Origin: Lingula anatina | Taxonomy: Eukaryota > Animalia > Brachiopoda | Length of the DNA stretch: 64,000 nucleotides | NCBI GenBank assembly: GCA_051362555.1 | Contig: CM120642.1 | Coordinates: 26,536,001-26,600,000 of the forward strand | Direction of reading: 5' to 3' | Part shown: positions 49,196-61,441 of the stretch, piece after piece | Numbering within the stretch: the first letter of the stretch is position 1 | Layout: each line of letters starts with the position of its first letter | Notes under the pieces: model-generated | Seen by the model: the letters and a program-made list of their open reading frames with translations, nothing else | Told to the model about the DNA's origin: nothing | Databases searched by the model: none | Translations under genes and position numbers: made by a program

Positions 49196-51721
49196 TCAAT
49201 GCACAAAAATGAACATGTACATCAATGGATTAGTTGTCTTGGTTTGTGCTCTGCTGGTCGAAGCAACTGGAACAGTATCCTGAACAATGTTCTCTTTTCC
49301 ATACATCTTCTGCAAGAAACGAAGCACTCCAGGTCTATTCCAAATAGGTTTGTCCGGACTGGTCGCTGGAACGGTCATGTGACAGCTAGGACAGGCCGAA
49401 TAGGAAGGGAACTGGATTTTAGGAAAAGCTGGATCTTCAGTAATGTCTTCATGCAGACGCTTATTAGCTTTATTGTGAGCCTCCCACAGCCACATAATTC
49501 CATACGCCTTATTTCTCTCACCAGTGGTAATCCCAGCTGCCATACTACCAAAATTTTCAGCACATTCATGGCAGGAGAAAAAGCTTTGAATGTACCCATT
49601 CATAGCAACCAGAACTTCTGCTGGCTCCCAGTTGCTGTCTAGAGACAAAAGAAGACACATGCATAAATTCTTACAATAATATATAATACAAAGGCATTTA
49701 CAATATGATACATGATATAGGGTGGATCCACACAGTAAATCATACACTTTTGAAATATTTACCTGAATGCTTTTTTTTCTTTTTTTCAATGAGGGGGATA
49801 GAACCACATGTCTATGTAAGTCTCACACAAAAAGACAACTATCAGAACAATACTGAACATATCTCAGGCTTGTACCAAATGTAAAGTTCACCTTCATTAC
49901 CCTTTAATATTTCAGAATAAAGAAGACCCATACTGTACATAATTTTACATTTAATTAAATGTGTCCCATTAATTAAGGAAAAAAAGTTCAACTACATAGG
50001 CTTCAATACACAATTATAGAGACTTACTGTACTTATTTACTGCAGCAGCATTTACTGTAAGTGTATGAAATAGTGTCCACAAACTGCAAGGGTAACCTCT
50101 GTAGTTGTCAGCACTTCCCTTACATCCCACCCACTTGGTGGTGTCGGGCAGGGAGGCCTCTCGGCTCTACAGATGTGAATCACAGAAATTTATAACTTAA
50201 TTTTGGGAAGAAGATTTAAAATATACAAACTGCAAGAGGTCTGTAGGAATTAAATTCAAAGGATGTACATTCTTATTCTTTTGAAAAGGTGAAGCCCCTA
50301 CCCTTATAAATAGATTATACAATCTTACTGATAAATACTTCATGCCTTACAAATTGATAATTTGATATTTTTCCTTCGAATATAACATTGCACTTGGTTC
50401 ACAAAACTTCCCTTCAAATAACATTGTTTTCTATTTCTCTCATCAGCTGTATATTGATAAACTATGATGTGCAATTATAGAAAGAGCCCCGATGTGCTTA
50501 GATTTCACTACTGTTTACAATGACAAGTAAAGATTTTACAGTAAAATAGTCCATATAATCCTATTTGCATGATTGTCTTCAAGACCACTTAGTAACAAAA
50601 GAAACATAATAGTAAAAGAAACCTATTGACCATGGAAATAAATAAAACTGTCACTCTAGATAAAATTCCCCAAGCAGAATTCACAAAGAACATGTCCAAA
50701 TATTGAAAACATGCATGCACTATGGGACAGTTACCCACCTGCAGTTTACTCAGCTGATTTAACCACTGGTCAACTGACACCGTACTCTGTCCCTGCAGCC
50801 AGTTATTCAGTCTTTGTAGGTACAGGCGGACTTGGGGCCTCCCAGGAAAGTACTTTAAACAATCAGAAATCAACTGATGTAATTTACTCTCTATAGGTAT
50901 AGTAGAAGTATGAATAAAAAATATATATATATATATATTATCTCTTAAATGTTAGTGGCTCACCAGCAAGTTATTAGATCAGAGTGGACAAGACTCCAGT
51001 CATAGCAGAAACCTAAAGAACTTTACATTGTTTTTAAAAAGGAAAAAATTGTATATAAATGTTCTTTTGAGAGGCAATACAATAATTAGTTTACAATAAT
51101 TTCAAACAAATTAATTATCGATCTGAACAGAAATGTTTTGTCTGTATATACTTAAAAATGCTGATTCAAAAGGTGCAAAAAGTACTTCGCTAGAGATCAA
51201 AAATGCATTGTTGTGAGTGTTTGAAAAAATTGATAAATATTGGAAATGTTAAAGTAAAATATCAGAAAAAGTTAGGCATTTGAATATTTCTAGTACTTAC
51301 GGCATATCTAAAAGCAAATATTCAATATTTATCAAGTGAGCCCACAGCAACCCAGATCTCCATTACCTTAGCTAGCACATCAATGAATGCTTTCAAGTTG
51401 TCCAAGTCTCCGTCCTTTAACATGCTATGAAGGGGGACCTCCTGGGTAAAGGCAAAGTGCAACCCAGACTCCAGATCCTGCATGTAAACTCTAGGCCTGG
51501 TTTCTTTGCTATGAATGAGAGTTAAAAGAGATATGTCTGTGTAAGATTTATACCTAATATAATGAAATAGGGGAATGTCCTGTATTGACCATGCTCCCCA
51601 GGGAGGTGAGACAGTCTAAGGAGTGCACCAGTGCAAAAATGACCAGGCTTCCTTGACTTAAATATTCATATATATGTAATTGTATAACTTCAACCTTCGG
51701 GTTGCGATTTCTCCAATAAAG

Positions 51722-51762
<41 letters not shown>

Positions 51763-54700
51763 CACCTGCACAGGAGTACAACTGGTGCACCCCCCACCCA
51801 TCCAAATTCAAACTGTATTCAATAAAAAATTTTCTAAATGTTTGTAGTTTTTGTTAGAAATAATTATATGCAAATATTGGTTAATACAACTATGTTTTGA
51901 CAATATACAAGTAACTGAAAAAGTTTTCAAACTAAATTTATATGTTCTAAAAATACTAAAAAGAAGAAAAAGTTTATGAAAATAGTTTAAGAAAGGATAA
52001 ACCCGTCACCTGCTAATTGTTGGAACCCGTTCAGTAGTAGGTTGAGGTGTTGTAGATGCAATCGTTTCCCCAGCAACTTGTTTTAACAAAGAGATGTAAC
52101 TGCCAGTGTCATTCTTACCACTGTAAAAAAAATGACCAACTTCTTAAAAATAATAAATAAAAATTCTTTATGCAAAAAATATTTACATTTAAACTACCAC
52201 AATTATCATAAAATATAAATAAACATTTTTTTTTATATATAATGTAGATAAAATAGGTAATTGAAATTATTCAGGGATAAAAAACTAAAAACACAACATG
52301 TCAAAAATTATTGATTTCTGGAGAAAACAGGAAAGCTAGTATAGCGTAAAATAACCCGCGGCACGGGTGTGACAAACTGGTTTTTGTCAATTACATATTA
52401 GACACCAATTACGTTATAGCACTAGAAGTGGACTCTTATAGTCGGTGCCCAGGTGAATGAAAAATAAAGGGACTCCGCATAACGGGGATGATTACATCTC
52501 TATTCTATACTAGATGCAAATGGTGTAGAAAACAGCAACTGTTCACCTTATCTCAACAAAAGCATTCATTGCGACCGTTTATGTTATGTTATGCTATATT
52601 TCTAGGTGTGAATGATAGTACGTGTGCGAGTATGTATGTGCATGAAGGCGCAAAAAAAGATACACATGTAATTATTAGTAGAAAGCAAGAAACACAAATA
52701 TGGAAATATATACAGCAGTATATGGACAGACGACGTACACTTCTATTATTTAAGCCGTCGTTATCCTCTTCATGTATGCTGATAGCACCTCTTTTCCTTT
52801 CGAATAGTTTTTGATACTTGTCTTTAAAAGTAACTGTGAATTATATAAAGATTGGTAGTCTAAACTGCAGGGGTTTGTCATCAGACCCGATAAAAAGAAG
52901 GGACATATTTATTAAATGCAGGGAAAAATACGATATTACCTTATTAGTAGATACCCATTGTAATAAAAACCAGGAACATATGTGGAAAAATGAATGGGGA
53001 GGAAATGCTAGATTTTGCTCCTACACATCAAGCAGCAGAGGAGTGGCGATTTTATTCAAACACTCATTTGAACTGAAAATTAATAATGAAATAAAGGACA
53101 CAAACGGAAATTATTTAATAATAGACTGCGTTATCCAAGGCACTCGAGCCTCACTGACTGTCCTTTACGGACCCAATAACGATACCCCTTCATTCTTCCA
53201 CGACATTAAAAACCACCTGGAAGTTATAGGGAACACCTCCATTATAATTGCAGGTGACTGGAATGTCCCTATCGATTATGACAGAGATACTCTCAACTAC
53301 ATTAATAGAAATAATGTAAAAGCAAATAACGAGATTAAAACTCTCATGTATGCCTTCGATCTGGTTGATGCATGGAGAGAACTGCATCCGACAGACAGAA
53401 GATATACCTGGTACGGGCCAAATAATAAACGGAGCAGACTTGATTACATTCTGATTTCCTCAGACCTACAAAATAATCTGAGAGGTGCGGATATAGATAT
53501 TGCCTACAGATCAGATCATTCCCCTGTGAATATAAAACTACAATTCATTAACCAAACCAGAGGGCCAGGTACATGGAAGTTCAATAATAGTCTTCTCGGC
53601 GACGAAGATTATGTAAAAGTAGTACATACTTGCATAAAAGAAGTAGTTGATCAATATAGAGTAGAGAACACAGAAAATATGGAATTTAGTATTAACGATG
53701 AACTTTTTTGGGAAACGATGAAGTTTATGATAAGAGGCGAAACAATCAAGTATGCATCTAAGAAAAAACAAAACCGAAACAGAGAAGAAAAGATATTAGA
53801 AAATAAGCTTAAAACCCTATACGAACAACACCAGTATGACTTGGTAAAAGAGCAAATTCAAGCAACAGAAATGTCACTGAAAGAATTAAGAGAACAAAGA
53901 GTAAAAGGTATTATTATCAGAACTAAATCAAAATGGAAAGTTGAGGGAGAAAAGAGTACTAATTATTTCTGTAATCTGGAAAAAAGAAACTTTACTGATA
54001 AAGCCATTGCGAAAATAATAAGAGAAGATGGAACAGAAACTACTTGTCTTAAAGAAATCATAACGGAACAGAAAAACTATTACGAAAACTTGTACTCCTC
54101 CAAAAAGCCACAAATAAATGATACACATCGTCATATGTTCATGAGAGATGATAACCCATTCATTCAAAAACTAAATGAAGAAGAGCGCAACGCAATAGAA
54201 TCACCCATAACTAACTCGGAATGTCTCGATGCACTAAAAAAGATGAAAAACGGGCGATCGCCGGGAATTGACGGATATACTACTGAGTTCTATAAGTTTT
54301 TTTGGGAGGAACTAAAGGTTTATATAGTGCGTTCCTTTAATTACTCATACAGTAAACAACGCATGTCTACAAGTCAAAGACAAGGCATGATTACTTGTTT
54401 ACCTAAACCTGGAAAGGATAAAAAACTACTAAAGAACTGGAGGCCAATTTGTCTACTTAATGTTGACTATAAAATCATTTCGGCCTGCATTGCTAATAGA
54501 ATGAAACGATATCTCAATAAGTTAATAAGTAGCACACAAACAGGGTTCGTAAAAGGGAGATTTATTGGTGAATGCACAAGGTTGATTTTCGACCTTATTG
54601 AAAAAACTGAAACCGTTCAAATACCCGGTCTCCTCCTCCTACTAGACTATGAAAAAGCTTTTGATACTTTGGAATGGAATTTCATACATGCTACTTTAGT

Positions 54701-57131
54701 ATTTTACAATTTCGGCCCAACAATAATAAATTGGGTTAAAACTCTATACTCTGAAATTTCGTCGTCAATTCAAAATAATGGACATCTTTCTGATTTCTTT
54801 ATGGTCAGGCGGGGTGTGAGACAGGGCGACCCTCTTTCCCCATACTTATTTATTTTATGTATTGAATTACTTTCAGCAGCAATTAAAAAAGACCCCGAAA
54901 TAAATGGAATAGAAATTGATAACGTCGAGTACCTGATTACTTCATACGCAGATGACACTACGCTAACTCTTTCAGACGACCAATTGAGCCTGCAAAAAAC
55001 ACTCGCGGTAATTAAACTTTTTTCTGAATGCTCTGGCCTAAAAATTAACTTTGACAAGACCGAAGCAGTTTGGATCGGAAGCAAACGAGGGTGCTATGAA
55101 GAAATACAAACTGCGGAGAACATCAAGTGGAATCATGAGGGAAACTTTAAACTGCTTGGCATAAAGTATGAACTTAATAAACCTAACTATTATGATGTAA
55201 ACTTTGAGGAAAAGATTAATAAGGTGAAAAAATTAATGTCGGACTGGTCGTTGAGAAATTTATCTTTAATGGGAAAAGTAACAATAGTAAAAACATTAGC
55301 CTTCCCAATACTGGTACAAATTCTGACAGTGTTGCCAAATCCCTCCGAAATAATTTTCAAAACATTGGATCAAATGATTTTTAATTTTATATGGAATAGT
55401 AAAATTGACAAAATTAAACGGACAACACTGATATCAGACTATAGTAAAGGAGGTCTCAGGGTGCCACAAATTAAATTGTTTGCTAAATCACTAAAATTGT
55501 CCTGGATAAAGAGATTTCTCGACACAAAAAACAAGAGTAGCTGGAAAAATATACTCGCAAACGAACTCAAAGACTATGGAAAAGAAAATTTTTGGAACCT
55601 AACAAGTGAGGGCTTAAGGTCAATAAAAATGAATAACAGTTTTTGGCAAGACGTGATTGACTTTTGGGCAGAAATACAGAATAACCCTAGTACAACTGTT
55701 GAAGAAATCCTCTCACAACCGATATGGAAAAACGACAAGATAAAAATTAACCATAGAGCTATATGTTATAAAAAATGGCTGCGAAACGGAGTTTTCTTCA
55801 TAAATGATATTATTGATAACCATGGTAGATTTATATCACTAGACGAGCTTAATAGAAAATATGAACTAAATAGCAATTTCCTCAACTACACGAGTATCCA
55901 AAGTAGTATTCCGGTCCAGTGGCGAAAGGCCATTTTGAATAATGGTAAACGTTTAGAAAGCATCTGCATTAAGAACAGCAATGCAATGATGAGTGTCCCA
56001 AAGCCGTCCAGATACTTTTACCAAAAATACATCCAAGAACTTGAAAAAATCCCTAGAAAAGCAATAAACAAATGGCACACAGATATTGGGGAAATTTTAG
56101 ACGAAGAGAAATGGCATTTGATATTTAGATCGGTTTTTACCGAGATAGATGACACAAAACTACAAACATTGCAATTTAGAATTAATCATAGAATTTTTAG
56201 CACAAATTCATACTTAATGAAAATAAAGAAAAAAGAATCCCAGCTGTGCGAGTTTTGTAATATTGCCAAAGAGACCATATATCATGTATTTTGGGAATGT
56301 CCATACGTACAAAATATCTGGACTTGCCTTATTAATGCTATAAGGGAAAGTATGAAGATGAATATAGAGAGGCATCCCAAAGTGTTCTTATTTGGTCTTG
56401 TACAACAATTCAAGATAGAAGGCCTGTATTTACTTACATTGATAACTAAGAAATACATAAGCATATGCAGGTCCAGATCCGACCCCCCCACTTGGGTAGG
56501 GTTAATACAATATGTCAGATGCTATGGAAATATTACCAGGTTCTCATTATACATGTATCCTCAAGCGAAACGAACTAACATACAACAGATTTGGATAAAT
56601 ATTGATAAGATATTAGCGGAATAACAAAACAATACTGTTTATAATATGTATTTTTATTTCTTGCTCAAAATAAGATCAGTATTTCAGTGACTGAGCATCT
56701 GTATTATAAGTATTTGTGTGCACTACAGTGTGCGTGCGCCTTCGGATGTGTGAGGCTGTATGTGAAAAATGTGTGTACGAATGTGCATATACACTATATT
56801 ATATTAAGACACACAATCTATTATATCTCTAGTTCTTATAGTGGTGCACAGTATCACCTTGCTTTGTTCACGTATTGTTCAGTTTGAATGTACTCTGTAA
56901 TGTACTGAAGAATTTTGTATATTGTATTGTACGTTCTACAATATTTAAATAATATTTCAGTGACTGTGCACCCATAAAAGTATATGTATTGTATTAAGTT
57001 ATAAAACTGTACTGATGTAGTGTATCGTTTTGTATTTGTACTGAAACGTGCTTTCTGATTCAGTGATGTATTGCATGTTCTCGTATGTTTGTCTTCTTTG
57101 TAATGTGCTGTATTGTGTTTATATATGTTTA

Positions 57132-57193
<62 letters not shown>

Positions 57194-60100
57194 GGACAAA
57201 AATGTGGAAAAGAAAAAGAAAGGCTATGGGGAGTAGACAGAGAAAACAGTATCATAAATGCATTAAGAAAATAATAATGAAAACAGATGGAAACATAATA
57301 CAGAGAAAGAAAACAGGAGAAAAGAAGATAATAAATGACATACCCTTATGAAAGAGAAAATAAAGAAAATACATATAATCCAAACAATAACTAAGATGGT
57401 AGACAACACAAACACCATATTGTAATGATATCAAACTGATTATATCCATTAAACATAAAAAACTATAAATAAAGCTTAGTTTTATCATATGAAATAAAAA
57501 AGCTGAACTTTAAAATGTACCTGAGTAAAAGTCGCTGCCTTCCATTCTGTAAGACCTGGTACATAGATGGAAACTCTGTGACATCTCTCCCTCCAACAAG
57601 TCTTCTAACGGTCACTCTACTGTCTGGCAACATGGACAGAATGACCTATTTATAAGGTAAATGTAGCAATATTAGACGTGTAGCTGAGTGTGTGCGTGTG
57701 TGTGTGAGGGGTGGGGGAGGAGAGAAAGCCAAATTTAAATGACTTCAAACAAGTGTACATCAGTAACACTGATAAAATTACTAGTACTAGTATCAGCTCA
57801 ATATTTGCAAACCAGGTGTATATGGTAACTTATTGGTAAAAGGATTGTGAACTGCCCTACAATAGGTTTTACACAAACAAATAAAAAAAAAAAAATAAAA
57901 AGATTTCCATTTTATAAACTAAACTAATGTATTAAGTAACTGATATTGACAAATATACTGGGGTGAAAAGGGGTAATTAAATTGTGAAATCTCAGTCTCT
58001 CGAACCAACACATTCTAGTTGTGAATTCTTAATTATTTAACACCATAAACATCATTGTACATCATACAAACTCTCCCAATCAAAGTTATATCTCATACCA
58101 ACTGGGGTCAGATGGAACTATAAATGTTCACAATACCTCATTACTCAAGGCATCACACATTTGCTACTGTACACAATGCATACTCTCTACATTTGTTCAA
58201 AACCAAGGTCAGTCAGCAAATATTAAGCCATCAAGATAATACCTGTTAATTCATTGATCAGAATAGTGTATCTGTATACTTACTTCCATAGCCAGTGTGT
58301 CATTTTCATTAGCCTCTACTATGACTGCCTTCAGATATCCTCCCGTGCTGCCCTCTGTCAAAACGTCCACTGGAGATCTGAAGAAATATGAGGATTATCA
58401 TTTACATTGCGCATATCAACAAAATAAATACAAATGTTACATTTTAAAACTAAGAGCAGATAATCCCATTCATATTTGCTTTTTTCAAAAGTTAAATCAA
58501 ACGCTTTAAAGAGCCTACAAGCATGCTAATGGAACTTATTTTTAAAGCTGACAATTTCTGAACAATATTGTACAGAATCACTTTAAAAACTACATAACCA
58601 AAAAACAATTAATCAAATTCTGTAGACTGCAGACAAACACTGGGTATCAATTACTAGCTAACAAACACCTGATATTTGTTTATTAGTACATATTTACTGC
58701 AATGGGAATAAAAAGGGCCATATATTGCTGGCATTCGGATGACTGATGAGAAACTTCAGCATAGCACTCCTAATAAGGCTGGCTTCTTCTTTTCCATCAT
58801 AATATGGGGAATTGTCACTAGCACTGGCATCCTGTTGGAAAAACTAGTCAGAAAAAAATTAATAATTGCATCAATTTAAGTCAGTAAAAACTGAACATCT
58901 GACAAAAACCAATTATAACTAAGCATCTTTATGTGTTCACAAGTGCTTTTCAATTGGTTCAAACCACTGTATTCTACAATAATTCAATAGAACTTTACAT
59001 GAAGATTTTTTACCTTTAAAGTTGGCACAAATATGACGCCATTTCTCTGACACAAAGCTCTATTTATGGCTTCTGCACAATTAACAGCCCCTATCTTTAT
59101 GACACTGGACCAATCTGAAAAAAAAAAAAAAAAAAGGAAAATGTTTAAATAATTTAAAAGTAAAATTTGAATTTATAGCCTAACATCCCAGAAGGATCAG
59201 CTTTCTTTACAATTGACGCCTGGTCTTCATGGATCTGTTCAATTTATGACTGGCCTTTAAGGATCTATTAAATCATGATATGATCTCCACCCTGGAGAGC
59301 ATATAACCCAAGCAGCAGCATATGCAGGGGCGGATTGAGGCCACCTTCTGGGTCTTCTGGAAGACGGTCAGATTTTCAAGTTTACATTGACGAGTATCTA
59401 ATTTTTTTTCTGTCGGAAGACAGTCAAAAATAGAGGATGGACCAACAAAGATAGTTTGGAAGACGGTCAGAAAAAAGCTCTGGAACCCTCCCTGATATGT
59501 AACACACTGAATGACCATCCACAATTATCAACAGTACCATTACCAGGTATGTAATGCATTACATGAAGAACACTAATGTTTTTTACCTCATAGTCCCTCA
59601 AATAGGCCTCAAGACAATAAAAAGGCATTAATTTTGTATTTACAACTAAGTGCATTGCTTTACATCTAAATGTTTCAAACAGGAAATAATGTGAACTTTT
59701 AACTTGAGTTGTTTACATAAAAACTACCCAGGCGCAAGCTGTATTAACTAACTTTCTGTGATACACATAAATTTGAGTGTTGTCACAGAAACTTGATATC
59801 TGCATATGATAAAAACCATCTGCTACCAACGCAACAAGTAAATATGTAGCACAATCAAATGAATGAAGATTGCAGTTCAAAATACACAGTTTAAATAACA
59901 CTAAATTTACGGACTGATACATAAAAAATATACATCACACCTTGTTCAGATTTCTGGGGTGCACATGTATAAATAAAGAAGAAATGGACTGAATCTGTCA
60001 GGCACAAAGCACTCTACTGCTATCCTAGGGTCTAGAACACTTCCCTTGGGCCACTTAGAGTGAATTCAGAACAGAGGACTAACATATCCGCAGATCAAAT

Positions 60101-61080
60101 ATTGCTGACCCACTTGAATGCTTGTTGCGTAATCCCTGTGGGGAATTTGTTCAGTGTCTAATTGAGATATTAAGTAGCAAGCTTTTCGAAGGATTGCCAT
60201 GCTTGATCCGTGGACCTGTTAGTCTGCTGTTCTAAATGCGCTCTTAATTGCAAAAGTGATCTGCATGAGAAAGTTCCAGTCTAGACAAGTGCCTGGTTTT
60301 AAAAACCTCAAAGCATCTACTCTTTCGTTGGTATCTTATTGTGATGTGATGAGAATGCACCATTACCAGTAAGGTGGTGGTTCTATAGATATATGCTTCT
60401 ACCCAAATGTACATTATATAGTATTCTGTAAGTCATTGAAAGTTTATTACAAAATTAAGATCCATTAGTCTATACCCTTTACATGATTTGATTAAGATAT
60501 ATACTAGAACCAGGCAAACAAGAAGTGTGGCTTTACTGTTCAAGGAAACGAAGACAGTCTTGCAATGACAATTCTTCAATTATTCATTCTACTTTGATTT
60601 AATCAATGTTAAACCAATCAAAATCTACATATCTATAAACGATTAAGGTAAAAGTGACGACAGAAAAACATAAAGTTAACTTTACACTGCAACCAAAATT
60701 TCTTTCGTCGGTCTGAGGAACGACGCATCAGAATTCATTTCTTTATTAATTTAATTACTTTAAAGTGTTTTATCTTAAATAACAAAGAAAATAACATTTT
60801 AGATTAAGCAGTCCTTCAGTTTAAGCTAAAGGTAGTGAACTTCACCTTGAACAGTACGTCCCAAAGCATTCCAAGTTGCAGCAAATCGCTGGCAATGCCC
60901 ACACCAGTCCATGTAAAACTCCACAAGCCAAGCACTCGGAGAACGAAAAACCGTGGTGTTAAAATTACCCTCGTCCAAGAGGGCAGTTGGGTCATTTTCT
61001 GTGTATAGTCCGCGTCCGGTAGCCGGTGTCCATATGCCTGCTACCCATGTCAAGAGCAAGACTTTAAATAAAGCGCCCAT
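49196..61080 (-). CDS. QSOX: Quiescin sulfhydryl oxidase (thioredoxin + Erv/ALR domains), 10 exons
   Basis: Exons 61080-60846 (signal peptide, [13 protein letters not shown]), 59114-59014, 58843-58698, 58377-58284, 57645-57521, 52120-52010, 51508-51367 (VYMQDLES), 50852-50739 (YFPGRP), 50166-50028 ([19 protein letters not shown]), 49638-49196 ([36 protein letters not shown]). Confidence 0.93.
51575..51660 (+). mobile_element. SINE-like fragment in a QSOX intron
   Basis: Reverse-complement homology to 47064-47138. Confidence 0.4.
52340..57185 (+). mobile_element. L1/Tx1-clade non-LTR retrotransposon, probably 5'-truncated (no ORF1), in QSOX intron 5, antisense to the host gene
   Basis: Uninterrupted ORF2, a ~500-bp 3' UTR, and AATAAA running into a pure A tract at 57134-57185. 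The 5' boundary is approximate and no TSD was identified. Confidence 0.9.
52818..56624 (+). CDS. LINE ORF2: AP-endonuclease, reverse transcriptase and C-terminal zinc knuckle
   Basis: APE motifs SLNCRGL, AGDWN, SRLDYIL, SDH; RT motifs [38 protein letters not shown]; [14 protein letters not shown] knuckle. Confidence 0.95.
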   Translation: MSLKVTVNYIKIGSLNCRGLSSDPIKRRDIFIKCREKYDITLLVDTHCNKNQEHMWKNEWGGNARFCSYTSSSRGVAILFKHSFELKINNEIKDTNGNYLIIDCVIQGTRASLTVLYGPNNDTPSFFHDIKNHLEVIGNTSIIIAGDWNVPIDYDRDTLNYINRNNVKANNEIKTLMYAFDLVDAWRELHPTDRRYTWYGPNNKRSRLDYILISSDLQNNLRGADIDIAYRSDHSPVNIKLQFINQTRGPGTWKFNNSLLGDEDYVKVVHTCIKEVVDQYRVENTENMEFSINDELFWETMKFMIRGETIKYASKKKQNRNREEKILENKLKTLYEQHQYDLVKEQIQATEMSLKELREQRVKGIIIRTKSKWKVEGEKSTNYFCNLEKRNFTDKAIAKIIREDGTETTCLKEIITEQKNYYENLYSSKKPQINDTHRHMFMRDDNPFIQKLNEEERNAIESPITNSECLDALKKMKNGRSPGIDGYTTEFYKFFWEELKVYIVRSFNYSYSKQRMSTSQRQGMITCLPKPGKDKKLLKNWRPICLLNVDYKIISACIANRMKRYLNKLISSTQTGFVKGRFIGECTRLIFDLIEKTETVQIPGLLLLLDYEKAFDTLEWNFIHATLVFYNFGPTIINWVKTLYSEISSSIQNNGHLSDFFMVRRGVRQGDPLSPYLFILCIELLSAAIKKDPEINGIEIDNVEYLITSYADDTTLTLSDDQLSLQKTLAVIKLFSECSGLKINFDKTEAVWIGSKRGCYEEIQTAENIKWNHEGNFKLLGIKYELNKPNYYDVNFEEKINKVKKLMSDWSLRNLSLMGKVTIVKTLAFPILVQILTVLPNPSEIIFKTLDQMIFNFIWNSKIDKIKRTTLISDYSKGGLRVPQIKLFAKSLKLSWIKRFLDTKNKSSWKNILANELKDYGKENFWNLTSEGLRSIKMNNSFWQDVIDFWAEIQNNPSTTVEEILSQPIWKNDKIKINHRAICYKKWLRNGVFFINDIIDNHGRFISLDELNRKYELNSNFLNYTSIQSSIPVQWRKAILNNGKRLESICIKNSNAMMSVPKPSRYFYQKYIQELEKIPRKAINKWHTDIGEILDEEKWHLIFRSVFTEIDDTKLQTLQFRINHRIFSTNSYLMKIKKKESQLCEFCNIAKETIYHVFWECPYVQNIWTCLINAIRESMKMNIERHPKVFLFGLVQQFKIEGLYLLTLITKKYISICRSRSDPPTWVGLIQYVRCYGNITRFSLYMYPQAKRTNIQQIWINIDKILAE
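59325..59494. mobile_element. Small CAG-ended MITE with 5-bp TSD (hAT5-like)
   Basis: ATATG|caggggcgga ... aaccctccctg|ATATG, with internal repeats of ggaagacggtcaga. Confidence 0.55.
60058..60243. mobile_element. PIF/Harbinger-like MITE in QSOX intron 1
   Basis: TTA TSD; ~40-bp imperfect TIRs gagtgaattcagaacagaggactaaca..gatcaa / ttgatc..tgttagtctgctgttctaaatgcgctc. Confidence 0.65.
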
Positions 61081-61441
61081 GGCGTCCTTTTGTTGAGACG
61101 CTCCGGTGACAAGGTGATTTGTTGACGAACGTGCTTTTACCCAAACCGCTTTTGTTCCTCTCATTTCAAAAGAGTGTAGTACGCGAAAATGTAGACATGG
61201 AGCCCGCAGGTTTTGAAAAGGTCACTTTGAACTTTTGAATAAGGGGACATCGACGAAATATTTAAATGGTGCATTTTATTCGGAGGTATTTAGATTTTTT
61301 TTTTAACATTTAGAACTAGCTTATCGCGAGACCTAGCTCCCCCCATGATGTTTAATAAATTTTCCTCACGCGGAAGTGAGGTCTGATTCAAGAATAGAGC
61401 TGTTAACGTATATTTCACTCTGCTGTAAAATCTTTGTGTCG
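61081..61441. promoter_or_regulatory. Putative bidirectional promoter (QSOX and the downstream + strand gene)
   Basis: QSOX ATG at 61080 (-), an ETS-type CGGAAGTG at 61371-61378, and a strong + strand donor G|GTAAGT at 61441 suggesting a non-coding first exon. Confidence 0.45.

Noticed and set aside
56854-57488. Poly-Phe, poly-Lys and hydrophobic ORFs
   Set aside because: Translations of the LINE poly(A) tail and adjacent A-rich intron sequence.
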